DNA of 64,000 nucleotides. It comes from Carcharhinus longimanus (Eukaryota). The notes beneath the pieces were generated by a model, which worked only from the letters and a program-made list of their open reading frames with translations, had not been told where the DNA came from and did not search any database. The DNA lies in contig JASCQW010000162.1 of assembly GCA_030264375.1 (NCBI GenBank), positions 107,038,950-107,102,949 of the forward strand. Direction: 5' to 3'. The position numbers and the translations under genes are program-made. Positions 12,811-25,560 of this stretch are shown one piece after another (positions within the stretch are counted from its first letter, which is position 1; each line of letters opens with the position of its first letter).

Positions 12811-13730
12811 AACATAGAAACTAGAAGCATGAGGTAGGCCATTCGGCCCTTTGAGCCTGCTCTGCCATTCATTTTGATCAAGGCAAATCATCAAATTCAA
12901 TATCCTGATTTCCCCTCTCCACCCCAAAATCCCTTGATCCCATTAGTCTCAAGAACTATTTTTAATTTCTTCTTGAAATCAGACAATGTTTTGGCCTCAA
13001 CTATATTCAGTGATAGTGAAAGCCACACATTCGCCACCCTCTGGGTGAAGAAATTTCTGTTCATCTCAGTTTTAAAAGGTTTATCCCTTATCTTCAAACT
13101 ATGACCCCTATTTTTGGACTGCCCACCACTGGGAACATTCATTCTGAATTTACCTGTCTAACTAATCCTGTTAGAATTTTGTATGTTTTTATGAGATCCC
13201 CTCTTTCTTCTAAACTCCAGAGAATATAATCCTAACCAACTTAGTCCATCCTTATATGACAGACCTGCCATCCCAGAAATTGCTGTGCTCCCTCTATAGC
13301 AAGGACATTCTTCCTCAGATAACGATACCAAAACTGCACACGATACTCGAGGTGTGGTCTCACCAATGTCCTATACAATTGCAGCAAAACATCCTATCCC
13401 TATACTCAAGCCCTCTCACTATGAAGGCCAACATACCAATTGCCTTCTTTACTGCCTGCTGTACTTGCGCACTTACTTTCAGCGACTGATGCACAAGGAC
13501 ACCGAAGTCTCGCTGAGTATCCAACTTTCTCAATTTGCACCCATTCAAGTCATAACGTGTCTTCCTATTATTGCTACTAAAATGGATAATCTCACATTTA
13601 TCCACTCTATACTGCATCTGCTATGTAAATGCCCACACACTCAACATGAAGCATCTCTGCATCCACCTTACAGCTCCCCCTGCCACCTACCTTTGAATTA
13701 TCTGTAAATTTGGAGATAATGCATTCAGTT
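12811..13730 (-). mobile_element. CR1 LINE 3' fragment
   Basis: ORFs 12897-13142 (RNFFTQRVANVW) and 13360-13617 (QRDFGVLVHQSLKVSAQVQQAVKKA). Confidence 0.9.
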
Positions 13731-14609
13731 AATTCACCTTCAATTATTTGTATAGTTACTTTTGGAATAAACTATCCCAATTAATGCTGATAGAATTTGC
13801 TGCTTAAAACACTTTAATGCGTTAATGAATTAGATATGTGTGCATTTATCACATATAAACAGGCAACTCTAACAGGGTGTGTAAAAGGATATAAAACCAC
13901 ATACACAGGAGAAGTTAGAAAAAGCATGGATTCTTTTTAAAAGGGAGATGAGAAAAGTGGATGAAAGTCTCAATGTGCCAAACAATCAAGTAAATAACAG
14001 TCTTGCTTGAAGATTAAGAGAAGGTCTTCCATTTGAGCTTGTGAGATAGTGTGTGTTAATGTACTGCCTCCTTTGTATCAGTGGAACCTGGGTTTGGATT
14101 CAATACACAGAATGGCTAGGTCTATGTGAAACTAAATTAAGATCACACAAGTAGTAAAAAGCATGCTACTGAATCATGAGTGAAAACAGATTATTGAAGC
14201 AAAGTAAATGAAGCTTAAACCTATCTTGCTGTGCTATAAATGGCCTGGAAATGCTTGATGCAGATAATTGGTGTAAAAAGCACATAAAAGCACAATTTTA
14301 TTGGCAATATAGTCCTCACCTGAGGACTATTTCTCAGTCCTCGGGGTGAGGACTATATTGGCAGTGAGGGTCAATACATCTAAACCTAATTCTTTGCTTA
14401 ACTAGTGTCCAGCCAGTGCATTCAAATTATTGAATCCAGAGGGCTGCTAGGCCCAAGAGATACTAATTAATAAAGAAAGCAATCAACAATTGCTTTGCTT
14501 AAAAGAAAACAAAGCATGTAGGAATATCTGGCCAAGAAAAAGTATACGTAGTTTTGGAAGTATACGTAGTTTCTTAAAAAAAAATATGGAAAATGAGCAT
14601 ATATGGAAA

Positions 14610-17010
14610 CATACATAGAAACTAGAAGCAAGAATAGGCCATTTGGTCCTTTTGAGTTTGCTCTGCAATTTATTATCATGGCTGATCATCAAATTTAATC
14701 GTCTGATTCCCACCCCCACCCCCATTTCCCTTGATCCCTTTAGCGCCAAGAGCTATATCTAATTCCTTCTTGAAGTCACACAATAGTTTGGTCTCAACTA
14801 CTTTGTGGTTGTGAATTACACAGATTCACCATTCTCTGGATGAAGAAATTTCTCCTTACCTCAGTTCTAAAAGGTTTATCCCTTATTCTCAAACTATGAC
14901 CCATAATTCTGGAATCCCCTGCCATCAGGGACATTCTTTCTGAATCTAGCCTGTCAAATCATGTTAGGATTTTAAGTTTCTATGAGATTCCCTTTCACTC
15001 TTCTAAACTCCAATGAATATAATCCTAACTGACTTAGTCTCTCCGCATATGACAACCCTACCAACTCAGCTTGGTAAACCTTTGTTGCACTCCCTCTATA
15101 CCAAGTACATCATTCTTCAGATAAGGACACCAAAACTGTACACAATACTCCAGACGTGGCTCTATACAATTGCAGTAAATCATCCCTATTCTTATACTCA
15201 AATTCTCTTGCTATTAAAGCCAATGTACCATTTGACTTATTTACTGCCTGCTGTACCTGCACGCTTACTTTCAGCAACTGATGTACAAGGACACCAAGGT
15301 CTAACTAAGTATCCATCGCTCAATTTATATTTTTTTCAAATAATAATCTGTCTTCCTATTATGCTAGCCTTACAGTTGTCTACATTATACTGCATCTGCC
15401 ATGCATATGTTCACTCACCCTGCCTATCCAAATCATGCTGAAGCATCTCTGCATCGTCCTCACCGCTCACCTTCCTACCCAACTTTATACTGTTTATAAA
15501 CTTGGAGAAAATACATTTAGTTCCTTTTCCAAATCATTAATATGTAATATGAACAATTGGGGTCCTAGCACAGATCCCTGCAGTACTCCACTAGTCGCTG
15601 CCTGCCAGTTGGAAGAAGACCCATTTATGCCAACTCTTTGCTTGTTGTCTGCTAACCAGCTTTCTAGGCATCACAAGACACTACCCACAATCCCATTTTA
15701 ACTTTACATAGTTGTCTGCTTGTAAGACTTTGTGAAAAGCCTTCTGAAAGTCTAAGTAGACCACATACACCAGTCTCCTTGATAAACTCTACTAGTTACG
15801 TCCTCAAAAAATTCTAATAGATTCATCAAGCATGATTTCTCCTTTGTAAATCCTGCTGACTTTGACTGATTCTACCACTGCTTTCCAAATGCTGAGCTAC
15901 AAAGTCCTTGATAATGGACTCTAGCAACTCCCCCACTACTGACGTTAAGACTCATTGGTCTATACTTCCTTGTTTTCTTTATACCTTCCTTTTTGAATAG
16001 TGGGCATATATTAGCTACCCTCCAATCTGAAGGAACCAGTTCAGAGACCAAGGAATTTTGGAAAATGACCATCAATGTATCTACTATTTTCAGGACCTTT
16101 TTCTTAAGTACTCTGGGACGCAGATCATCAGATCTTGAGATTTATGCACTTTTAACCCCATCAATTTCCCCAAAAACATTTCTGTACTAATTCTGAATTC
16201 CTTGAGCTCCTCACTAAAATTGCTTCTCTCAGAACTTCTGGTACATTATTCATGTCTTCCTTTTTAAAACAAAGTATAAATTTTGTTCCTCAGCCATTTC
16301 TTTGTTCCCCATTATGAATTTTCCCATTTCTGACTGTAAGGGGTCCACATTTGCTTTTGTCAATATTTTTCTCTTTACATACCTGTATAAACTTTTGCAT
16401 ATTTGTATGTTCCCTGCTAGCTTACATTCATACTCTATTTTCCCCTTCTTAATCAATTCCTTGGTTCTCCTTTGCTGAATTTAAAACTGCACCCAGTGCT
16501 CGGGTCTATTGATTTTTCTTGTCAATTTGTATGCTTTTTTCTTTGAATCTAATACTATGTTTAGTTTTCCTTGTAAGCCATGATTTTGCCTCAATTCCCT
16601 TACACTCTTGTGCTAAACAGGAATAAAAAATTTTTGGAGTTCACCTATTTGGTCCTTAAATGTCTACCATTGCCTGCCCATTGTCCTTTCTTTCAATAAT
16701 GTTTCCCAGTCCATCATTGCCAATTCATGTCTCATGCCATTGTTGTTACCTGTATTGAGATTCAGGACCCTGGTCTCAGTCCCTATGTCACTATCCACGT
16801 TTAGAAAGAATTGTACACGTGATTTAGATGACAATCCAGATTATGACCTTTGAGATTCTGTTCATAATTTGGTGCCTAGGTCCTCATACTGACTGTGTAG
16901 AACCTGCTACTTTGTCTCGCTTGTCTTGTTGGTACCTACATGAAACGTGACAGCTTAGTCCTCCATCTCCTTCTGCAATTTCCTCTCCAGCCCCAAGCAC
17001 AGCGCCAGGG
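14610..17010 (-). mobile_element. CR1 LINE, long internally deleted copy (ORF1 esterase remnant to 3' tail)
   Basis: ORFs 15872-16075 and 16250-16456 are CR1 ORF2-like; FHVGTN-like esterase remnant near 16930; tail near 14610. Confidence 0.88.
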
Positions 17011-17335
17011 ACCTAGTTTTCTCCCTGGAGAGACGAAGGATAAGAGGTGACCTGACAGAAGTTTATAAGATGTTGAGAGATATAGATCGGGTGGATTCTC
17101 AGAGGCTATTTCCCAGGGCTGAAATGGTCACTACGAGAGGACACAGGTTTAAGGTGCTGGGGAGTNNNNNNNNNNNNNNNNNNNNNNNNNNNNNNNNNNN
17201 NNNNNNNNNNNNNNNNNNNNNNNNNNNNNNNNNNNNNNNNNNNNNNNNNNNNNNNNNNNNNNNNNTATTGAATGGCGGGGCAGGCTCGAAGGGCTAGATG
17301 GCCTACTCCTGCTCCTATTTCTTATGTTCTTATGT
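17011..17335 (+). mobile_element. Young CR1 3' end spanning N-gap 17166-17265
   Basis: DRVDSQRLFPRAEMVTTRGHRFKV before the gap; tail nearly identical to those at 1880-1948 and 53285-53360. Confidence 0.85.
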
Positions 17336-17956
17336 TAACTGTGGATCATCTAACTCAGGTAATCAGCAGAAAGATGGGGATGCAATTACTTCCTCCAGAC
17401 ACACTAAAATGGAAAAATCAGTTCCAAAGAGACATATTAGATCTGAAACGTTAACTCTGTTCCTCTCTCCACAGATGCTGTCAGGCCTGAGGTTTTTAAC
17501 ATTTTCTGTCTTAATTACACCAAAATATATTTTTTTCTTTCACTGCTGCTTTTAGTATACGGCTTCAAGGATACCAACTGCCCCTTGGAATGCACCAAAT
17601 GACTACGCATGCATAGATCTTGACGGGTTTTTTGACAGTCAAGGTAATCACAGTCAACCCCAACGCAGCAAAAGATCAGTGGAGAATAATCAAGAGGAAA
17701 GCCAAATCTGGTCCTATACTCCGTTCACAATCTCAATGCAAAGAGCTTTCTATACTGCTCAGCTACTGTGTATTGACCAGCAGGGCGTTTTGCAAATCTG
17801 ATTTTTAACTGCAAATACAGAGCTGAACTATTATAATCCTCCGTTTTAGTAACTCAAATACAACAGATGGAAGGGACTTAAAAAGAAATTAAGATCAAGT
17901 TAGAAAAGGCATGTAACTTGTAACCAGATCAGATGCAAAGGCCAATTATTACTTAC

Positions 17957-18039
17957 CCCTGAACACTGGCACCAATATTTGTCAAAAATTCTTCCAACTG
18001 TTGAGTCATGTGTTCAGAGCCCATCTTAAAGAAGTTTAT
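17957..18039 (-). CDS. APPL1: APPL1 exon 9 (INFFKMGSEHMTQQLEEFLTNIGASVQG)
   Basis: 83 nt, TTTTAG acceptor, GTAAGT donor, ends in phase 2. Confidence 0.95.
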
Positions 18040-18768
18040 CTAAAATAAACCAATTATTAGTACATCTAAGGAAATCCATCCAGTCACAGATTTGTACGAT
18101 CTTGTCTTATTGCAATGTTAGCATTTTGAAACAAAAACTTCGCCCTGGCTCAAATCTATTCTGGAGTAATGGAGGAATGTTTCCTTTAATTGCTAGTGTT
18201 GGGTTGTACATGAAAAAAAAAATCAAACATCCCTGTTGCATACAATCCAAAGACTTAAACCTAGCCATGATTGTTGAAGTAAAATTAGCAATTTGGGTCA
18301 ATTAACAAGGTGCAGTGATGAGTGTTTATGAGTCAGGAACTAACGAATGCTGTTAGCACATTGTAGAGGAGCTTAAACTTCCACCTAATGCTATACCTGA
18401 ACAGAATTGTGACACTAGATTCCAAAAACATCCATTTTGTCCATCAAATGGATATTGGTATCACTAGCAAAACCAGCATTTAAAGCCCCATGTGCTCAAA
18501 AGGACTTGGGCATCAAAAGGTGGTGCTGAGCCACCATTTTGAGCCACTGTAATCCATCTGAAACATGTAGACCTACAGTGCTGCGGGGAAAGGAATTCCA
18601 GGATCTTGATTCCCACAATCACCTGTGCTGACTTTCTCTTTAATTTCAGTTTTAAGTGAAACCATGGTATCGGGGGCTTGTTTGGAAAGTTAGCAACTTT
18701 AATAGAATAAGAATGAAACTAATTGTTTCAATTTCATGATATTCTCAGTGTATGCTATACCAACAGAC

Positions 18769-18915
18769 CTGTGCTTGCATGTAGCCTAGGAGTGGTTCTA
18801 ACAGTGCAATCTTTTTCTTGTACTGTAATGTGTTCAGTGCACAAAAGTAGTGCATCATGGTCTGGTGCTGCTTCTTTCTGGAGGTGTACAGATCTTCAGT
18901 TGCCTCTAATTTTAT
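18769..18915 (-). CDS. APPL1: APPL1 exon 8 (IKLEATEDLYTSRKKQHQTMMHYFCALNTLQYKKKIALLEPLLGYMQAQ)
   Basis: 147 nt, CAG acceptor, GTCTGT donor, near-identical to APPL1. Confidence 0.96.
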
Positions 18916-19176
18916 CTGTTTGGAAAAAATACATACTTTTAAAACACCTGAACTATTATTTTAAAATTTTAATACATTGACAGGACAGACTGGATTGCAC
19001 TAACTGAGTAAAGTTTTAAAAAAATCTTACTGGTACATTACAATACTGTTGGTATCATCAGACATCAAAATTAGTTATCTTAAGAATATATAAAAACAGC
19101 TGCCATGAATTACGTAGCTGAACAAGGAAAAATATACTTTTGTAATGAAATGGCAAAACCAAGATAGTATTCAAAC

Positions 19177-19235
19177 CTTTTCATTTTCTTTCCGCTTGGA
19201 CAGTCTGCTATATTTGTTAATAGCCATGTCATGAT
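19177..19235 (-). CDS. APPL1: APPL1 exon 7 ((D)HDMAINKYSRLSKRKENEK)
   Basis: 59 nt, CAG acceptor, GTTTGA donor. Confidence 0.94.
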
Positions 19236-19650
19236 CTGTGGGATAGACAAATAGATCAAGACATTTTGGTTTCATATGTATACAGATATATGTGCACATA
19301 GGAGAATGTAAACAAAGAAATAAAAGCTACAAAGTCTCATTCTATTTCATCAATGTACTTCAATCAAGAATGACATCAAAAATTTTTTAAACAGCTATAA
19401 TGGTGTCTACAACAGCAATGTTAGCATTATATTAATTTTGTACCAAATTTACTCTATATAAAACACAATTTCCTGTCCTCTATCCCATTGCAAAATCTAC
19501 ACAATGGCAAAAAATCAGTTTTCATTGTTCGTTTCCTAGGTGGCCACGCTTGTTGACCAATGGAAGGCAGAAACAATAACTTTTATATTGCATTCAGTAC
19601 AGAACTAGTGCCATCTCCTCCAAATATATTGATTCAGTATAGCTTGGATA

Positions 19651-19980
19651 AAAGCAAGTTACTGAGGATGCTGGCATCTGAAACCAAAAGAGAAAATGCT
19701 GGAAAATCTCAGCAGGTCTGACAGCATCTGTGAGGAGAGAAAAGACTCACGTTGAGTCCAGATGGCCCTTTGTCAAAGCTAAAAGGCATAAAAAGTGGGA
19801 GATATTTATATTGTAGAGTGAGGGAATGAAAGATAAGTCATAGACATAGAAACAGGGAAAATGCTGCTCATTCCCCTTTTAGCTTTGACAAAGGGTCATC
19901 TGGATTTGAAACATCAGCTCTTTTCTCCCCTCAAATGCTGCCAGGCCTGCAGAGATTTTCCAGCATTTTCTATTTTAGTT
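19651..19980. mobile_element. Palindromic Penelope-derived element with degenerate hammerhead motifs
   Basis: About 105-bp inverted arms (19680-19787 and 19874-19980); right arm contains agct-TTGACAA-agggtc-atct-ggattt-GAAACATC-agct. Confidence 0.65.
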
Positions 19981-20139
19981 CTATATCTGTTGCAACTGCA
20001 AAGTAAATGTAAATATGTTCTCTAAGACTGTTTGTGCTGAATCTTCCCAGTTACTGCTTTAGCAACCCCAGACAGCTTACTTGAGAGATTTCACTTCAGG
20101 ACCCATTGTCTCTCAAACCCCAGGAAATTCAGTACTGAG

Positions 20140-20410
20140 GCAGCATGGTGGCACAGCAGTTAGCACTGCTGCTTCACAACACCTAGCACTGCTGCCTCAC
20201 AGCGCCAGTTCAATTTCTGTGTGTGGGTTTCCTCCCACAGTCCAAAGTTGCGCTCGTTAGGTTGACTGGCCATGCTAAATTGACCCTATTGTCAGGAGGA
20301 TCAACAGGGTAAATATGTGGGGTTATGGGAATAGGGCCTGGGTGGAATTGTGGTCGGTACAAACTAGATGGACTGAATGGCCTCCTTCTGCACTGTAGAG
20401 TTTCTACGAG
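20140..20410 (+). mobile_element. HE1-like SINE with CR1-type tail
   Basis: ggcagcatggtggcacagcagttagcactgctg head; tail gaatggcctccttctgcactgtag. Similar copies at 24000-24270 (-), 42635-42780 (-), 49545-49840 (+), 54325-54520 (-), 60590-60815 (-). Confidence 0.85.
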
Positions 20411-20863
20411 ATGCTCAAGACGTTCAGTTGCATTATTATTCTTAATTAAAATGATTCTGTAGCAAGTCACTTATTATTTGCAATAATTATCAAAATTCCC
20501 ATCATTGTGTGAGGTAAATAATACTGAAATTCTGCGAAGTTCTCTAATCAAGAACAGTTTGGAGTAACTATCATTGAATCGAGGTTGAGCAGTCAAATGG
20601 TGACGCTCAATACAGTGCAAGACCACTTGTATATTTGGCTCAAATTGACATAAAAGTTGGCTTTACACAGATGATAAAAAGGCAACTGCAGGAAATTAAA
20701 GTCATATTAATGGGCATTCTGAGATTTGGTCAGACAAAAATTAGAAGGACTTTATCCTACATGCCACTGAAGTCTGTAATGTTGAAGCCGCATACAAAAT
20801 AATAAAAAGGACATTATTCACTATAATATTTTACTGACATATGATAAATGAAATGACACTCAC

Positions 20864-20905
20864 CATTACTTGCTATAGCAAAGACTTCACTTAGAGTTAG
20901 CATTT
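20864..20905 (-). CDS. APPL1: APPL1 exon 6 ((E)MLTLSEVFAIASN)
   Basis: 42 nt, TTTTCAG acceptor, GTGAGT donor, phase 1/1; aligns to EILTLKEVFQIASN. Confidence 0.93.
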
Positions 20906-21945
20906 CTGAAAATAAATAAAAATGTTACTGGCAAGAAGAAACTGGTCATGATCTGATGGGAGTTTATGCTATTCACATTTAATAATAGTCCGTAGCAGTT
21001 TTATGGTAGCACACTCATCTTTCAATCAGCAGGTAGTACGTTCAAATCCCATTCTATAATATGAACATGTTCATTGCAGCAATGAGAGACTGCAATATGA
21101 TTGACGGTATCATTGTTTGGATGAGATGTTAAACTAGGCCTCAACTTCCTGCTAGGTTTCTCTCAGTCTTGCCAAAATTCATCCCTCAATTGAATATTAG
21201 TATACAATATTAACAAGGTTATTCATCCAACCGCTGTTTACTGGACATTGTGTGAAAATTGCCCTGCATGTTTTCTCACTTAGTGAGTTTGCATGAAAAC
21301 AACTGACTTTTCTGGGCTGTTCTAAAAGATATGAAAAACTGAGTACAATTCTCAGGCTGTTCACTGCATGTATAAATCCCATTATGGCTGCAAAGAGGGC
21401 ACAAAACGGGATTTGCACCAGCAAAAATTTCAATGCTGATTATCCTGGGCCCTCCCCACTGACACAATCTGGTTCGCAGTTAGATGCTCAGACCTCATTT
21501 CATCTTCCCATCCATTAGCATAATGTCATACAGGTATGAATTATTGCGCCTTATATGCAGTGCCACCTTGATTGAAGTCCTCAGATGACCTCCATAGCAT
21601 GCGAATCAGATGATTTGCGCCTCACGCAAAGAAAGTGACAAAAAAAATTCCAAAGTGCCTAAAAATCGTTTTCTGGATCATGCCAGTGGTGGAATTAACA
21701 CTGGTTTCAATGGTGGAAGTTACACTTTGCCATTTTTTAGGAAAATTTTGCCCTTTATATAAATGCATTTATTCTGTCTTTGTCTTTATTTTTCTCCACT
21801 TTACTCTTTCATCTGAGTGCAAACTTGATAATCTAACAATACATACGTCCAGTGTACAGAAATATATGCTATTTGTAAACATTTGCAAGTTGGTATTCAT
21901 TTTTAAACGCAACTGCACAAGGACAGGAATATGCAACTTTCATAC

Positions 21946-22033
21946 CTTTTAAATCCTTTTCCTTAAATTGTGTAATGGAGAACATCATAGCATCAGCTAA
22001 TTGTGTTGAAAGTACAGCATGGCAGGAACTGAG
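21946..22033 (-). CDS. APPL1: APPL1 exon 5 (LSSCHAVLSTQLADAMMFSITQFKEKDLK)
   Basis: 88 nt, TAG acceptor, GTATGA donor, ends in phase 1. Confidence 0.96.
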
Positions 22034-22839
22034 CTAGAAGACAACAGTACATTTCATTCTCTAGAAAAGTACAACAATCTGAAGTCTTTTAAATTTAGGT
22101 TACGGTGTAAAATTCTGTATCAGCAAACCTTTCAAATAATTCAGAGATCACAGAAAAAAAAAAGATTCAGCACCTGAAAGTCACCTTAACTGTTAAATCC
22201 TGGACCACTCTCAATGGTTCACTGACTTTATTCAAATACTAGCTGAGGCATACAGATTTGTTCAATATCCTGGTCCGCACTAAATTAACTGGCATCATCT
22301 GGAACAGCAGCCGAATATTACAATTTGCCTCTAATTAGCAAACACAACAACTACTAAAGCTTTTATTACCACTCTCTAACAAAACATTCTTCCAGAGTGT
22401 GGTTGTATGGACACAGGGAAAGTACAGGATTGAAGTGAGCTATGCTGCTCCTTAGAGCCACAAAGCAAGCTGACACAATCTATGGATCAAACATTTAGAA
22501 TGACCACTGACCTGAAACACTGCACAATGCCCAGAATCTGTGGAACTAAAAGGAGAGTAGAAAATTGGCAGTAAGAAGGGAAAGAACAAAAAGAAAGTGT
22601 TGGATCATTCCATATGGGGACAAAAATGCAATAGCATGATGAATACTCATCCTTATTGTTCCATATTTTACATGACTAAAGTAAAAGTTCTTCTGTTTAA
22701 ATCAATGGCATTTCTAAAGCTCAATTGTGGGTTCCATAATGAATTTTAAAATGGTGTTTGTATCATTTATGGTAAATTTAAAATATTAGAAAGATAAAAA
22801 AAAGAAATATTGCTAAATAGTCAGCTGCATTTTTCAATT

Positions 22840-25560
22840 TGCTCACAGAATATGAGTATTGCTAGCTAGGCCAGCATTTGTTGCCCATTCTAAATTTCCT
22901 TCAAGAGGTGAGCAATTTTCTTGAACCGCTGCAGTCCATGTGGTTCGATACACCAACAGGGTATAGGAAGTGTTCCAAGTTTTTGACTCAATGAAGGAAC
23001 AGTTATTTAGCTCCAGGATGGTGCATGACTACAGGGGAATTTGCAGGTAGTGATGTTCCTATTCATCCTGCTCTTGTCCTCAGTGGTCACAGGTTTACAA
23101 GGAATTGCATGAGCTGCTGTAGATGGTACACACTGCTGCCACTGCACCAGTGGTCGAGGGTGTGCATATTTAAGGTACAGATGGTGTACTATTAAGTAAA
23201 CTGCTTTGTCCTCAGTGTTTAGCTTTTTGAAATCTCCTTTTTGCACTCATCCAGGCAAGCAGAGAGTATTTCATCACAGTCCTTCTCGACTTGTAGCTGG
23301 TGAACATGTTTTGTGGAGTCAAAAGGAGTATGCTTGATGCAAAATTCCCAGCTTCTGATCTGCTCTGGTAGCCACAGTATTATATGGCTGGTACAATGAA
23401 TTTCTGTTCAATGATAACCTCACGATGTTGATGGTAGGAAATTCACAAAATTGTAGCCCTGGTAATGCTGTTGAATATCATGGGGAGATGATTAGAATTT
23501 CTTTTATTGGAGATGATCATAGTCTGGTTGCGTAGCATGGTACTTGTCCCTGATCTGACCAAGCCCGAAATGTTGTCCATGTCCTGATGCCTGTGAGCAG
23601 GGACTGATTCAGTATCTGAGGGATTGCGAAAGATATCAAATGCTGTGCAATCATCAATGAATATCCCCATTTCTGACCTCATGACACTGAGATGGTCATT
23701 GATTGGGCCCAAGACACTACTCCTGTAGTGATATCCTGGAGCTGTAATGATTAGCTTTCCAACAACCGCGAACACCTTCCTTTTAAGCTTGTTATAACTC
23801 CAACCAGTGAAGAAATTCTGCTGTCAACCACCCTCTAACCTTCAGTATTGTAGCCAAGGTGTTGTCAGAAACCATAATCTTTGCTGTCTTCCAGTGTTTT
23901 CAGCTGCTTTCTGTTATTATCTAGAGTGAACCAAATTGGCTGAAGGCTAATACTTGTGATGCCGGAACCTGAGAAGGAGAGCCTAATGGATCATCACACA
24001 ATCCCTTAGTTGAGAAAGAGGCTATTTGGCCCATCAAGTCTGTACTGACCACAATCCCACCCAGGCCCTATCCCCGTAACTTATGTATTTACCCTGCTAA
24101 TCCTACTGAAAGTAATGGGCAATTTAGCATGGCCAATCCACCTAACCTACACATCTTTGGACAGTGGAAGGAAACCAGAGTACCTGGAGAAAACCAAACT
24201 CCACAGAGGTACCTTAGGCCAGAACTGAACCTAGTTCTCTTGTGCTGTGGGACAGCAGTCTAACCTTGCTTCCAAATGTGCTGGGCACATCCATCATGAA
24301 GCTTGGGATGTATGACAATATTGTGCCTTTAAGAAAGTTATTTGTGTCTTGTTTCTCATGAAGGATTTTTGTTTAGAAGTCAGTACTATTTACCTGGTGC
24401 CGCTATGTCTATAATCGGCAGCCCACATGTCGATACTGCAGAAACATAATTGATCCTAATTGTTGGAATGTTAGTTTTAATCTGGGCTAATAATTTTGTT
24501 ATTTTAGTGTTTTCCCCAAAGATTTTCAGAGTAAGGCTTGATTAGGTTGACAGGAAAATTATGCGACTGGGCGGAGCTGGGCTGAGAGAGAAACAAACAC
24601 GGAGTTGCAGTTATGCATCTTTACAGAACAGTAGCTGTCTGTTTCTCTCTCTTTCTGGAGATTGGAGACTGAGACTTGCCAGAAAGATTTCTCTGAAAAC
24701 TTCTCTGAAGTTCTGTTTGAAGAGAAAGGTTTCCCTGGAGGTTGCTGTCTGGAAGTCAAAAGATAGGCATCTCTCTATTCAGAGGTGTCAAAAGACTGGA
24801 AGACCAGCACCCGATATAAACCTATGTGTTTTTGCTAACTGATTCTGAAGAGGGATTCACGTCTATGGGGATATTGCTTAAATTGGGACTGTAGATAGCA
24901 GAAACATACTTTGTCACGTTTAAGTATTTCAATCAGTAGAAGTTATGCTAATTCTTTTTGTTATATTTTAACTATGTTGTTAAATAAAATTGGTTTTAAT
25001 AAAAGCTTCCCGTGGGTCAATAGAATCACACCTGGAGTGAAACACCTTATGCTCGCATGAATGCCAAAACCAAAAAATTTGGAGTCTAGAACAACTTCAT
25101 AATATATTTTGAGTTTCTGATTGAGTCTATAACAGATGATAGTGCAGCCTTCTCTGCCTGTTTGTTGTTTAATTATTCAGCGCCATTCATGACGTGATGT
25201 AGCAAGTCTACAGAGCTTGAATTCATTCACTTGTCACGGGATAGCTTTGCTCTATCATGTTTTGCATGTTGTTTCTGCTTTTTAAACACACATCATCCTG
25301 TAATGTAGCTTCATCAGTCTGGCACCTCATTTTTAGATATGCCTAGTGCTGCTCCAGGATGCTCCCCTGCACTCCCCATTCAACCAGGGCTAATTCCTGT
25401 CTCGATAGAAATTATAGTGTGAGAAATATGCTGGATTATGAGGTTACAGATTGCAACTAAATAGAATTCTGTGACTGCTGATAGTTCATAGTGCCTAGTT
25501 TTGAGCTGCTAGATCTGTTCTAAACCTCTTCATTTAGCATAGCAGTGGCACCAACCCACA
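22840..25560 (-). mobile_element. CR1/L2-group LINE of a second family, split by a SINE (24000-24270) and a solo LTR
   Basis: ORF 23443-23775 gives SVLGP..IND..EMGIFIDDCT (FADD motif). The same 3' end recurs at about 18450-18620, 44715-44800, 46360-46845, 47880-48230 and 62600-63130. Confidence 0.7.
24309..25134 (+). mobile_element. Solo LTR (Gypsy-like)
   Basis: Termini tgtatgac..gtctataaca (TG..CA, imperfect inverted ends), GATG at both junctions, internal AATAAA near 24983 and 24998; interrupts a LINE. Confidence 0.65.
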
